NCBI GenBank assembly: GCA_964304625.1
Contig: OZ199838.1
Coordinates: 1,024,809-1,088,808, forward strand
Length of the DNA: 64,000 bases
From: Kudoa neothunni
Taxonomy: Eukaryota > Animalia > Cnidaria
Direction of reading: 5' to 3'
The translations under genes and the position numbers were made by a program. The stretch's first letter is position 1. Each line of letters begins with the position of its first letter. The notes under the pieces are model-generated. The model ran no database searches and was not told the origin of the DNA. It worked only from the letters and a program-made list of their open reading frames with translations. Positions 1-14,394 of this stretch are shown piece by piece.

Positions 1-279
1 TTCCATAAAAAATAAGGTTTTAGTAAATTTAACTAGCAAAGAAACTTAATTTTATATTTTTATTCTTATGTTTAGCATAATTATCATTTTAATGTGAATT
101 CAACTGAGGCAAGATATATCTACAAGTGATCGTGGACTGTGCGATTATCTAGTCATACATTGAGTTATCTTAGATTTTTATATTTTCCCAGAAATTTCTG
201 ATATATTCTCAACGTTTACCAATACGTCTATGCTATTCTTCATTATTCTGGAATATTCTACCGCCAACTTTTGGAAAAA

Positions 280-2482
280 AGGGGGTTTTCCATAGGAGGT
301 CATCAACTTAACAATGATTAAAGACGAGAGGTTTATGTTTATTTTGTCTAAAGATTCTGATACAAGTTAATCCGAAAATATTGAGGAACTAGACGTAATT
401 ATTGGTGGAACCATTTGATGATGAGAGTGAGAACCCTGATTTTGACAGCAATATAAAAATCGAGGACTCATCAAACGTCATTCCTGTGGTGAGAACATTA
501 TGACAAGTAATAATCACAACCAACTGGAATTGAAAGACGAACAAATTCTAGAAATGTCTTCTATAAAAAAACTAAGGGTTGTACGTCAGTTATTCCTAAC
601 CAGGATTTCATCCCGAATCCTTATGGTTCAATGAGCTAGTTGGAGGGGTTCGACGGACGTGGAAATTTTTTTATTGTTCATTATGCGCTGATTTTTTAAC
701 AGATCCTAGAGTACCGTAGGGAAGTTTCCAATTTTATTTAAACTACAAAGATTGCAACGAAGGTTAAAAAACGATTAAAAAATTAACTTTTCTAATTCAA
801 ATTATTTATTATTTAAAATGACGAATTATTGAAAAGTTTTTTTTTGTAAGAACTATCCCAAATTCTTACAATACTAGTAAGTATATAATTAATTTTAAAT
901 GTACACTTACTTCACGCATCATCAATTCGTCCATTCACGTATAAAGTATTTATTATTAATAATATTTAAAATAATATTTATTATATCCTAAAAATGTATT
1001 TTATATCTGCGGACTTGATAGAGTAATCATAAAAAGACATAAATGAAAAAAAGTTATTACTCTTAAAAAGTAGGGGATTGAATGAGATCGGAAATGTTGA
1101 AATTTACTATACTCAGACGCTGGATAATAACTGTATTATAAAACATAACGGGCGCGGTAGCACACAATGCATTTCAATTGCATCTGGGCTAGGGCCCTCA
1201 ATTCTTAGTTAATACAAGGTTCAGTTACAAAAGATAAAATCCTCAAAAAGCGTTCAGTAAATCTTTTAGAAAAATTTAAAATAATTATACAAATTAACAT
1301 TTGATGAGACAAACAACGGGCCCAGAGAATGCGGACATTATGGTCTATATAAAAGATCTCCGAATAAACAATGTCACGCAAAACTGCAGTACATGTCGAT
1401 CAATCAACTTGTGATGGACAAAGAAAAAGTTAATAAAATGCATAAAATGTTTTTACGAATAATTCTTTGTTCATTTACATATTTCAATGGTTTGTTGAGG
1501 ATGGACACAATGTCCAGAACTTCCAATGAGACTATCGGAAAAATTCCAAGGTTGAACTATTAAAAAACCAAAGGTCGCAAAGAAAACACAATAATATTAT
1601 TATAAATAACAACAATTTTTTATTTTAAACGCCTTTTCTAATTATTGTCGTCAATTGAATCGTCCTCATCAACTTCACAACGTCCAGCTAACAGGTAACA
1701 TGTTTGATCTATTTTTAAAGCCTTCAAGGTATCGTTGGCTCGCTGCTCACATCATGTATTAATTTATTTGTTGGATGCAACATCAAACACGTATTATTTC
1801 TTCTGGCGGACTATTCTGCGAGAAATTTACATTTGACAGTTTTAAGCCTTTAATGAGTTGGTTTATTTAGTTTTTAATGGGTTCATGTAATGCAAAAATT
1901 CGTCTTCAACATTTTCAGTAGCTGGAACTTCTGCCCTTAAGCATCGTGATCAAGCCAATATCTAAAGTCTACTTTTAACCTATCTTGATTGAAGTACATA
2001 TAACCCACGCTCCTTGATTGAGCTCCGTTTGAATTATCACGCTTACTTTAAAATAATATACGTAGATAGCTTCAGAATGTGTCATTAAAAAAAAACAAGA
2101 AATTTTAAGAACAGTGTTGAACTACCCAAATACAATCACAGAATAATAACAATTGATTAAATAACAGTTATCCAAGGGTCGGAAAACAGCACGTTGCTGG
2201 CGATCGTGATGTCATTTTAAGAATTTCGAATAATTTTAATCTCTCCATTACTAAAAACAATAAATATGATTATCCTACCTAATTTTAAAACTTAACTTTT
2301 ATACACTGATCTCAAAGAATTCAAAAATCTATAAATTTGTAAATAAACAACAAAGACACCCAAAAACCCAAGGTTAGCTGAAAAATTCCAAAAATCTTGA
2401 AGAAAACGCCAAGTTTTTGGACACTGTCAGTCTCCACCTCCAGACGTGCGCGTAAGTTTAATACCTGAGTATCGGAGGGTTA
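280..2482. mobile_element. Heavily degraded DNA-transposon debris (pogo/Tigger-like and piggyBac-like traces)
   Basis: No ORFs. Weak peptide traces (plus ~1300-1460 KLQYMSINQLVMDKEKVNK; minus ~1930-1970 LDIGLITMLK, resembling DDE_1 QPLD motifs). GAGGG|TTAA terminus-like sequence at ~2475-2483. Confidence 0.3.
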
Positions 2483-3064
2483 ATAATAAAATCATGGATA
2501 TAAAAAAAAATCCACATCTTATTTAGAATTCAATTTAATATACTAATAATTTTTCACATTTAAATTAACTGTCCTTAACTAGTTTATCCTTTTTTGTGTA
2601 TCATCAGTAAAAATTCGATGTTATTTTTTATACATTAGTTGCATTCTTGTTTTTCTAATATTTTAAGTATATAATAATCCTTTGTATGTATAAAGTAAGT
2701 TAAGAATTTTAGGGAAACATTATAATTAAAAAACATTATCAAGATAAAAAATAGGAGAAACTTTTTACTTTATTAATAGCTTATTTTTAACTGCATATTG
2801 CCCGAGTAAACCTTACTTAATTTTAATCCGATTAAATTATAAAAATATTTTTTTTAAAAGAAAGCAATATAAGTTATTGATAATCATTAATAGCTTCGTC
2901 AAAATGAACCTTTATAAATGAGAACAACTGAATTCAATAAAATCAGGAAATTGAAAGTTGTTTATTTATAAGCTAATTCATTTTTTAAATACCCATAATA
3001 TTTTATTTAGACATTTTTTTATTTTTCCTAGATAAATCTGTTTAGTTTCATGTTATCAGAAATA

Positions 3065-4676
3065 TTATTTTATACCTGCATAAAAGACTCCATAATGAAC
3101 GAATAAATCTTTTTTTCTTCAGAAGGAGCAGCTTGTGGAACTTTTGGACTAACCGTTATCACAGGAGTACCCATTGTTGATCCTGCCTGATTCCCATTAC
3201 CAATTGTTCCTCCTTGTACTGACGTACTTTCTGGTTGCGTGACAACTTTGTCCATCGTTTTACTTGGGTAACTGTGGTTTCTCTCCTGTCGTCTCACTTA
3301 TTATTCCAACAGCTCCAGATTCCAGAGGAATTTTACAAATAGCTTTACAAGCTTCTATGTTTTCAAAGTTATTCAAGTTCATTTCTTTTCCATTTGATGT
3401 AAATGACTGACAAGTCTTTTCCACTCTCTTCAGAAGTCCCATAGTAAAATCGATCTATCTTTGTTATACATCGTTTTTCACCAGCAACTCCAACCTTTGG
3501 TTGGTTACACGCATCAACAGCTTTAAGTTCACCAATGTGTGCAGCTAATTTTTTAGTTTAATATCTTAAATAAATATTTATATTTTTGTTATAATGAAAT
3601 ACTGGCAGGACAATAACTTGCGCATAATTCCACTGAACTAAATATATTATTCTCTCCATCGTCGATTTTGACAGTTGCACCAGGGGCTAACGTCAAAAAA
3701 GGGAGGCAAGCCTTTCTTTTTTTGTTAAAATAGTAATATTCTCTTAAATCTGCTTTATTAAAATCATTATTTGGTGGTGGCACTTGGTAGGGGCTGGTTG
3801 CATTGCACGCAGCGACGTAGTCAGCTACATTTGATTACATATGAGTTTCTAACACAATGAATACTAATGCATATATCTGCACATGTTGGTAGATCATCAA
3901 AATAACCTCTTTTGGCCTCCATACCTACAGCGGCGTTAAACACATTTCTTTTTGTCTTTATGGAGGATAATTCCCATTTTTGGTGTTGCATTATCCACTT
4001 CTGCTGCGAATAGACAATCAAACTTATTGGGAACTTTTGTCAACTCTTCTTCCTTAGCTTCCCCTTCGATCACACTATTTTTTCGATCTAAAATAATTTT
4101 CTCAAAATTCTTTTACAAATTGTATATGCTTACTTTGGCAGGCATTTTTACATTCAGTTTCTGTTTCAAAATTATTGGCATTCCCGCCACATCCGCTGTA
4201 CTCGAATTCGTAGCAAGAGTTTGTAGCGCCGCCTTTGACAGCAGATTTTGAATAATACCATCTGACCATTTTATTTTCCTCTGATAACTTACATGAACCC
4301 TTTGATACTTCTAAGTCACAAGAATTTGATTTCTCTTCAGGTGTGAATTTTACTAGTTAATGTATTAAATTACGTAAATAAATAATCAATTACGATGGTT
4401 TTCACAAACAGCCTTTGATACAAAATTATTAAAATTTCCAAGAGATCCCAAATATTTGAATGGTTTGCATTTGGCGATATTAACGTCTATATACCATCTA
4501 TCAACTACGGCTGCATCTCGCTGCTCTTCAGTCAACCAAGAAGGAGGAGCACCAGCATCCAATTCATAAGAATCCAAAGCTCGTTCTATTATTAAATAAT
4601 TATATTTATTTTAAATATCGTGATAACCGAGTGAAATAGTTGTTACAAAAGACGAAAATATCAAAATATTAATCAT
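3065..4676 (-). CDS. Secreted penta-Kunitz protein, copy 1 (6 exons; several +1 homopolymer insertions in exons 4 and 6, so either sequencing error or a pseudogene)
   Basis: ATG at 4676 (MINILIFSSFVTTISL signal peptide). Same GT-AG introns as the other copies. Canonical Kunitz exon CDLEVSKGSCKLSEENKMVRWYY...CYEFEYSGCGGNANNFETETECKNAC. Extra bases relative to copies 2/3 at ~3937, ~3461-3479, ~3418 and ~3070 break the frame. Confidence 0.8.
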
Positions 4677-6064
4677 TGTCTAGATGATTGTTACTTCAAT
4701 TAAATCAGGTTCGTATTTTTACGAAGTAATATCATGCATTTAAGAATACTTTTTACCAATTGATACATAAAAGAACCATAATAAATTGTATAATACTATT
4801 ATCCCATTTATGATTTTAATTTTCGCTATACAAAAAATCGTCCAAATGTATAATCAAACAAATATTAAACAAAAATATTTATGGATAAACTTTAAATGAT
4901 AAATCTTTTTTATGGTGAAATAACTAATTTATAACTTTAGGTTCTATATTCAAGATAATCTAATAACCTTTAGAGATTATTGTCAATAATTAATATCTGT
5001 CAATGACAAACATTCATTACTGAAATTGGAATATATAGAAATGTCTTAAATATGAAATCTATCGACATAGTATTATTTTGATGTATAATTTCTATCATTA
5101 ATAATATGTGTAAATTTTTACGTAGTTGTTATGAACACATGAAAAAATTATCTAAACATATTACTGTATATTACGGAATTATACAAATTCTCATAAATAA
5201 TCATTATTCGAAAATTTTCATTTTATAAACCAACCCATTGAGACACTATCAGAGGAATTAATGTAGAAAGATTAGAATCACTCTGCTTGTTAAAAATTGA
5301 GAAATGACTTTAAATTAATAAGTATAGGTATTCTCTTAAATCTAAACTCATAGGTTCCTGTATTTATAGGTTCTGTATTCAAGAATAAGCATCATGGAAA
5401 TTATTCTCATTCTCCCAATTAAAGTAAATACATTTGTAGCGACAAAAAAAACGAACATTCTCCGAAATTATGGTACAGTCTTATAAATATATTTGAAAAA
5501 TGGTGTACATCCATGTAAAACAGTTCGAATCCTATGAATATCCATTAATTAACGACTATATTGTTAAATTAATATTACAAAATGTTTAGATAGAAACGTA
5601 CATGTTTCATGAATAATTGGAGATGACTTATTCTAAATTATACTGAATGCGTTGTGACGTATTAAACTAACGGTTTGCAACCACTATTAGGTATGTTTAT
5701 ATTACACAACATGAGGCCAAAAAAATGTGGTTGACTTATTGAACAGTGTAAATATGGAACGTAAAATGTCAAATTTTTATTCTTTAAATTCTCAAACAAT
5801 TTTTTCGTAAAAAATCAGATAAAAAATAGCTAAATTCAAATATGAAGTCAGATTTGAAATATCATCTATAACGGAGGAGTTATTCGTTTCGATGAGAGTA
5901 GTCACTGCCTAGAAAAATAGTCAATTAGTCATCCTAAAAAAAATGTACCGACAATTTTAATATTACTACTTATTTCTCACATGTATTTATTGATTAATTT
6001 TAAACAAACTTTATGTCCACAAACTACAATAATTTATGAAATAATGAATGTTTTAATTATTTAA

Positions 6065-7217
6065 TTCTCTAATGATCCCAAAAATGATGAACATGTAATG
6101 GATTTGGGGAAAATTTTATAACACATAAGAAATCTAATAATAAATATTGTAGAATAATTTTTAATTTCTAAGGATGAAACACTGGCAAATGTATATTAAA
6201 TTTTGACGTAATCCACGCGATAATCGGCTTGGTTTATGGTCCGTCTATGTAGGTACACGTAGGTATTCATCAGTAAAGTAATTGTGGTAGTTCAGTGGAA
6301 TTAAACGTGTTGCGCCAGTTGAAATATTAAAACAAAATATAAAAAGAATTCTTTAAAGTTATGCGAAGTTAAAACAGTTTTTAAATTCGTGAATTGGACA
6401 ATAAAACTTATAACAATTTTCGCATTATTTCAAGGTGTTTTATCATTTTTCCTCTGATTGTATCCACATGTTTTTCGCTTTGCATTAAGAAGAGGTTCCT
6501 ATTGGGGTGCATAAACAATGCTGAGACCTGTTTTTATTGCGTTGTTTGTAGAGTTTGTTGTCAACAATATTTTCTATAATTGTTCACCGATTCCTTTAAG
6601 AAAATCACGCATTTTTATTTATTGGGAACATAAGATACCAACATGTACTTTTCACGGAATACGAAAATGCTCCCATAAGAGGCTCCATTTGGTGATGATT
6701 TGAGGCATGGTGGTATCTCTAAATTTTAACTTAATGTCTCTATGATGAATTTTTTCCAACAACTTTTTAGCAAGAAACATCGATAAGAAAACATTTTCGT
6801 CAATAACATGATATTCATTCCCTGATAATCATAATTCATCAATGAAATCATTAGAATCACACATCCACATATAATTCGCTCAACTGATTTAGTTAATTTA
6901 TCTATCATTTCCTTACTTTCTACAAAAACTACTCATAGGAATTTTATTTTATTTAAGTTAGAAATGGGTTACATTTTTTGAAAAAATTTTTAATCAAAAA
7001 AAAATTTGGAATAAATTTTACCCCAAAGACCAATACGAGGTAAAATTAAAATTAAAACTTATACAATAATTTCTCGACAAAAATTTTTTCATCAAACTAA
7101 AGATAAAATTTTATTAGAAAAATAACTGGAATCAATTAGGTATTGGTTAGCTGTATAAAAGATATACCAGTAATAAAATCATTTTGAGGTAAATTATACC
7201 CGAATACCATTAGTGGG
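6065..7217 (-). mobile_element. Internally deleted, non-autonomous piggyBac-like element (spacer 1 copy)
   Basis: Left end TTAA|TTCTCTAATGAT, right end CCATTAGTGGG|TTAC. Decayed transposase C-terminal Cys-rich domain on the minus strand. Duplicated with the repeat unit. Confidence 0.7.
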
Positions 7218-8797
7218 TTACAAATTTAATTTTAAATTTTACAAGAGTAAAATTAAATAAATTATAGCGATTTTATGTAATAATTGATATTAAATTTATT
7301 TTACCTTTTTATCTATAATATATATGATAAAATGGGTTTCAATAATTAATCCTTAAAGGACAACATTCAACCACTCTTATTAAGTCAAATCAGGGGCTCT
7401 CAAGGATAATGTTGACCCGTTTATCGTATCGAGGGTTAACGAATGTTCTACCAAGTTTCACTATGCCATTTAACAGGTGGTAACAGGGATATTTTAAATA
7501 TACATTTTGAATTGTTTGTACTACAATATTTTGTGAATATTAATACAGTCTATCATTTGATTTTAGTCTTCATCGTAAATATTTATGATGAATACGGTAC
7601 AATATTGTTTGTTCCTTCTTTCACATCAACCTAAAGGAGAATCTGATGTTTCCTACTTTATTATTTTGATTTTACGAGTTAAATAAACGTTGTTTCTGGA
7701 TTTGTGGAAAAAAAAATTGGAATGCTCTTTCTATAACTGGTTGAATAAATATTTTTGGATTTATTAATTGATTTCCTTGCCCATGGTCAATTTGTAAGAG
7801 CGCGGCTGATATCAAAAATTGCAACCTTATTCTTAATTTTTTCATTTTAAATAGCATGATATTTCGATAGAATACGGTCGGCGAGTTTTACGCTACCATA
7901 AAGTGGATTTTTAAAGGCTATATGTTAGGTCATGCTGGATTAATTATAAGCATAATCCACATTAATCTACTTAACGCTTATCTAAAAAAGTTTAATACTG
8001 GCTTAAATAAAAAATACTTAATCTATTTCGATACATCCATCGACTGAAAATATATTTCAAAAAAGATAAACTGAAATTAAATAAACTATAACAAGTTTTA
8101 TAATAAAATAGTGACATGGTGGGTTCGTGGAGTCAATTCGTATATTTTAAGGATTAAAATAATCAATAAAAAAATTCTTATTTTAACCCTTGATTAATCT
8201 AAACATTTATCATTCATCGTTTTAAATTTTTGACTCTGTTATGATTGTTGTAATTAGTATTCATAACACTATGAAACAAATACAACAAGTAATCTACTTA
8301 GAGTTAATAATTTTTATATATAAGACATAATTAACTACTATCTTGGGGACTCTAATGAGTGATAAAAAAGGCAATTAACTCATCTTAATAGAATCCATCA
8401 GGTATTCTAACACTCTTCAGTACAAAATTTTTTTAAAACTCAAAATCGATTTACATATTTCATGTTAAATTATCTAATAAAAATATAAGGAAAACAAAGA
8501 ATCATTGGAAATCCTACATAATTTTCTGCCTAACATAGCATAGGGGAAAAATTCGACGCATTATTTTAGTGCATTATAATTCCAAAATATTATTTAATTC
8601 ACGAAAATTCATCGACGTAATGTAATAAGGTTTTCTCAAAACTAAGTGAATAAAATTAGAAAACTAAATTAAAAAAAAAGATAAAATATAAAGTCACTTG
8701 TCTATAAACTTGTCATTCTTGACTGGTATCTATTATGTTTAATTTTCGATGATTTAATCCCTATATTAACCTTTTTAGTTTCATTTTCTCATTAATA

Positions 8798-10425
8798 TTA
8801 TTTATACCAACATATCAAAAGCCAGAATTTACATTTCGTAATATTCTCTCGAGAGCCTGAATTTGGTTCGACAGGATGTGAAACAGAACCAGTAGATGTA
8901 GAGCTGTCTTTAGCAGGCGTTCCGTCGCGTTCGTTTGTAACATCATTACCATTCGTATTAACCTCTACTCTAGTTTCCAGAACGCTAGAACTATTATCGA
9001 CCTCCTGAGTAACTTCTTGAGTGGTCAGCTTAACAGAAGATTTATCCTCGGTAGCAGGGACGGCAGCAGTGACAGTCAAGGGAGTTTTACAAATAGCGTC
9101 ACATGCATTTTGGTCTTTAAAGTTATTCAAGTTCATTTCTTTTCCGTTAGACGTAAATGACTGACAAGTCTTTCCACTTCGTTCAGAAGTTCCATAGTAA
9201 AATCGTTCTATCTTGTATACATCATTTCGACCAGCAACCCCTACCTTTGGTTGGTTACACGCATCAACAGCTTTAAGTTCACCAACGTGAGCAGCTATTT
9301 TATTAATTTTCATATCATAATATATATTAATATTTTCGTTATAATGAAATACTGGCAGGGCAATAACTTGCACATAGTTCCACTGAACTAAATATATTAT
9401 TCTCTCCATTGTCGACTTTGACAGTTTCACCGGGGGCTAACGTCAAAAAAGGGAGGCAAGCCTTTCTTGTTTTGTTAAAATAGTAATATTCTCTTAAATC
9501 TGCTTTATTAAAATCATTATTTGGTGGTGGCACTTGGTAGGGGCTGGTTGCATTGCACGCAGCGACGTAGTCAGCTACATTTGATTACATATGAGTTTCT
9601 AACACAATGAATACTAATGCATATATCTGCACATGTTGGTAGATCATCAAAATAACCTCTTTTGGCCTCCATACCTACAGCGGCGTAAACACATTTCTTT
9701 TTGTCTTTATGGAGGATAATTCCCATTTTTGGTGTTGCATTATCCACTTCTGCTGCGAATAGACAATCAAACTTATTGGGAACTTTTGTCAACTCTTCTT
9801 CCTTAGCTTCCCCTTCGATCACACTATTTTTTCGATCTAAAATAATTTTCTCAAAATTCTTTTACAAATTGTATATGCTTACTTTGGCAGGCATTTTTAC
9901 ATTCAGTTTCTGTTTCAAAATTATTGGCATTCCCGCCACATCCGCTGTACTCGAATTCGTAGCAAGAGTTTGTAGCGCCGCCTTTGACAGCAGATTTTGA
10001 ATAATACCATCTGACCATTTTATTTTCCTCTGATAACTTACATGAACCCTTTGATACTTCTAAGTCACAAGAATTTGATTTCTCTTCAGGTGTGAATTTT
10101 ACTAGTTAATGTATTAAATTACGTAAATAAATAATCAATTACGATGGTTTTCACAAACAGCCTTTGATACAAAATTATTAAAATTTCCAAGAGATCCCAA
10201 ATATTTGAATGGTTTGCATTTGGCGATATTAACGTCTATATACCATCTATCAACTACGGCTGCATCTCGCTGCTCTTCAGTCAACCAAGAAGGAGGAGCA
10301 CCAGCATCCAATTCATAAGAATCCAAAGCTCGTTCTATTATTAAATAATTATATTTATTTTAAATATCAAGATAACCGAGTGAAATTGTTGTTATCAAGG
10401 AAGAAAATATCCACAAAATAATCAT
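8798..10425 (-). CDS. Secreted penta-Kunitz protein, copy 2 (6 exons)
   Basis: ATG at 10425 (MIILWIFSSLITTISL). Five phase-1 GT-AG introns join the ORF-track fragments at 10135, 9571, 9339 and 8798. Kunitz motifs RWY..C..F.Y.G..GN.NNF....C. Ends CKFWLLICWYK*. Confidence 0.9.
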
Positions 10426-11840
10426 TGCTTGGGAAATTAATATTTAATTTAAATCAGGTTCGTATTTTCACGAAGTAATATAATGCATTTAAGAATAATT
10501 TTTACCAATTGATACATAAATGAACAATATTAAATTGATTAATACTATTATCTTATTTATAGATTATTTTTGGTTTTGCTATAAAACAATCGTCCTAATG
10601 TACAATCAAACCAACATTAAACAAAAAATATGTATAAATAAAATTTAAATGATAAATCTTTTTTATGGTGAAATAACTAATTTATAACTTTAGGTTCTAT
10701 ATTCAAGATAATCTAATAACCTTTAGAGATTATTGTCAATAATTAATATCTGTCAATGACAAACATTCATTACTGAAATTGGAATATATAGAAAAGGCTT
10801 AAATATGAGATCTAACAACATAGTATTATTTTAATGAATAATTTGTAGCATTAATAATACATATAAATTTTTATGTAATGATTAAAAACAACGGAAAAAG
10901 TTATCTAAACTTATTACTGTATATTACAGAATAATAAAAATTTCCATAAATAATCATTATTCGAAAATATTCATATTATAAATATACCCATTGAGACACA
11001 GCCAGAGGGATTATTTCAGAAAACATAGAATCACCTGCTTGTTAAAAATTGATAAATGACTTTAAATTAATAAGTAAAGGTACACTCTTAAATCTAAACT
11101 CATAGGTTCCAGTATTTATAGGTTCTGTATTCACGAATATGCATCATGGAAATCATTCTCGTACTTCCAATTAAAGTCAATACATTTGTAGCGGCAAAAA
11201 AACGAACATTCTCCGAAATTATGGTACAATCATATAAAGACATCTGAAAAATGGTTTACATCGATGTAAAATAGTTCGAATCCCATGAATGTTCATTAAT
11301 TAACGACTATTTTGTTAAATTAATATTTAAAAATGTTTAGATAGAAACGTACATGTTTCATGAATAATTGGAGATGGCTTATTCTAAATTATACTGAGTG
11401 TGTTGAGACGTATTAAACTAACGGTTTTCAACCACCATTAGATATGTTTACAATTCATTTCAACTAAGTTGTTTATATTACACAATATTAGGCTCAAAAA
11501 AATGTGGTTGATTTATTGAACAGTGTAAATATGGAACGTAAAATGTCAAATTTTTATTCTTTAAATTCTCAAACAATTTTTTCGTAAAAAATCAGATAAA
11601 AAATAGCTAAATTCAAATGTGAACTCAGATTTGAAATATCATCTATAACGGAGGAGTTATTCGTTTCGATGAGAGTAGACACTGCCTAGAAAAATATTTA
11701 ATTAGTCATCCTAAAAAATTATTTCGACAATTTTAATATTACTACTTATTTCTCACATGTATTTATTGATTAATTTTAAACAAACTTTATGTCCACAAAC
11801 TACAATAATTAATGAAATAATGAATGTTTTAATTATTTAA

Positions 11841-12998
11841 TTCTCTAATGATCCCAAAAATGATGAACATGTAATGGATTTGGGGAAAATTTCACACCGC
11901 ATTTTGTTTGAATAATAACACTTTAAAAAATATAAATATTGTAGAATAATTTTTAATTCCTAATGATGAAACACTGACAAATGTATATTAAATTTTGACG
12001 TAATCCACGCGATAATCGGCTTAGTTTATGGTCCGTCTATGTAGGTACACATAGATATTCATTAATAAAGTAATTGTGGTAGTTCAGCGGAATTAAACGT
12101 GTTGCGCTAGTTGAAATATTAAAACAAAAAATAAAAAGAATTCTTGAAAGTTATTCGAAGTTAAAACAGTTTTTAAATGCGTGAATTGGACAATAAAACT
12201 TATAACAATTTTCGCACCTTTTAGAAGAGTTTTTATCTCTTTTCCTCTCACTGTATTTACATGTTTTTCGCTTTGCATTAAGAAGAGGTTTCTGTTGGGG
12301 TGCATAAACAATGCTGAGACCTGTTTTTATTGTATTGTTTGTAGAATTTGTTGCCAACAATATTTTTTATAATTGTTCACCGATTCCTTTAAGAAAATCA
12401 CGCATTTTGATTTATTGAGAACAACATATTTCAACGTATACTTTTCACGGAATATGAAAATGCTCCCACAACGGGCTCTATTTGGTAATGATTTGAGTCA
12501 TGGTGGAATCTCTAATTTTTAACTTAATGTCTCTATGATAAATTTTATCCAATAATTTTTCAGCAAGAAACATCGATAAGAAGACATTTTCGTCAACAAC
12601 ATGATGTTCATTCTCTGATAAACAAAATTCATCAACGAAGTCATTTTGAATCACACATCTACATATAATTCGCAGTTGCGATTTCATTAATTTATTTATC
12701 ATTTCCTTACTTTCTACAAAAACCACTCATCGTGATTTTATTTTATTTAAGTTAGAAATGGTTTACATTTTTTGAAATATTCTAAATCAAAAAAAACTTG
12801 AGGTTAATTTTACACCAAAGACCATTTCAAGATTAAATTAAAATTAAAACTATACAATAATTTGTCAACAAAAATATTTTCGTCAAACTAAGGACAAAAT
12901 TTTATTAGAAAAATAACTGGAATCAATTAGGTATTGGTTAGCTGTATAAAAGATATACCATTAATAAATCGTTTTGGGGGTAAAATTTACCCCAATAC
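11841..12998 (-). mobile_element. Internally deleted, non-autonomous piggyBac-like element (spacer 2 copy)
   Basis: TTAA at 11837-11840 and 12999-13002. TIR TTCTCTAATGAT vs revcomp CCCTCTAATGGT. ORF 12151-12360 (KRKTCKYSERKRDKNSSKRCENCYKFYCPIH) resembles the piggyBac Cys-rich domain. Confidence 0.8.
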
Positions 12999-14394
12999 CA
13001 TTAGAGGGTTAAAAATATTTTGTATCAACTTCTACAAAAGTAATATTTAATAAATTATAGCGATTTTATGTAATAATTTAGATTTAATTTATTTTACCTT
13101 TTTATCTAGAATATATATGATAAAATGGGTTTCAATAATTAATCCTTAAAGGACAACATTTAACCACTCTTGTTAAGTCAAATCAGGGGCTTTCAAGGAC
13201 CATGTTGACCCGTTTATCGTATCGAGGGTTAACGAATGATCTAACAAGTTTCACTATGCCATTTAACGGGCGGTAACAGGGATATTTTAAATATACATTT
13301 TGAATTGTTTGTACTACAATATTTTGTGAATATTAATACAGTCTATCATTTGATTTTAGTCTTCATCGTAAATATTTATGATGAATACAGTACAATATTG
13401 TTTGTTCCTTCTTTCGACATCAACATAAAGGAGAATCTGATGTTTCCTCTTTTATAATTTTAATTGTAGTAACTAAATAAACTTTTTTTCTGGATTTGTG
13501 GAAAGAAACTTGGAATGCTCTTTTCAAAACTGGTTAATTAGATATTCAGGACTTTTTAATTGTTTTTCTTATCCATCATTCATTTGTTCAGCGCATATGG
13601 TATCAAAAGCTGAAACATTATTCTAAATTTTTTCATTTTAAAATAGCATGCATTTTCGATAAAATATGGTCAGCGAGTTATACACTGCCATAAAGTGGAT
13701 TTTTGAAGGCTACGTGATAGGTCATGCTGGATTAATTATAGGCATAATCCGCATTTATCTATTTAACGCTTAGGTAAAAAAGTTTAATGCTGGCTTTAAA
13801 CAAAATACTTAACCTATTTAAATACATCCATTGACTGAAAATATATTTTAAAAATGATGAGCTGAAATTAAGCAAACTATAACAAGTTTTATAATAAAAT
13901 AATGACATGGCGGGTTCGTGGAGTCCATTGATATACTTTAAGGACTAAAATAATTAACAAAAAAATTCTTATTTCAACATTTGGTAACTTTTCACTTTTA
14001 CCATTTATCGCTTAATATTTATGACTCTTTAATTCGAAATTTTTTTTAATTCAACAATGATTTACCGATTTCATGATAAATTATCTAATAATAAAAATAT
14101 GAGGAAAACAAAGAAATATTGGAAATCCTTCATAATTTCCTGCTTAAATTAACATAGGGGGAAAATTTGACGTATCATTTTAATTCCAAAATATTATTTA
14201 ATTCATGAAAATTCATCGACGCAATATAATAAGGTTTTCACAAAACTAAGTGAATAAAATTCGACATATAAATTGAGTAAAATATAAAGTTACTCATCTA
14301 TAAACTTGTCATTCTTTACTGGTATCTGTTATGTTTAAATTTTGTTTGGTTTCATCCCTATATTAACATTTTTAGTTTGATTTTATCATTAATA

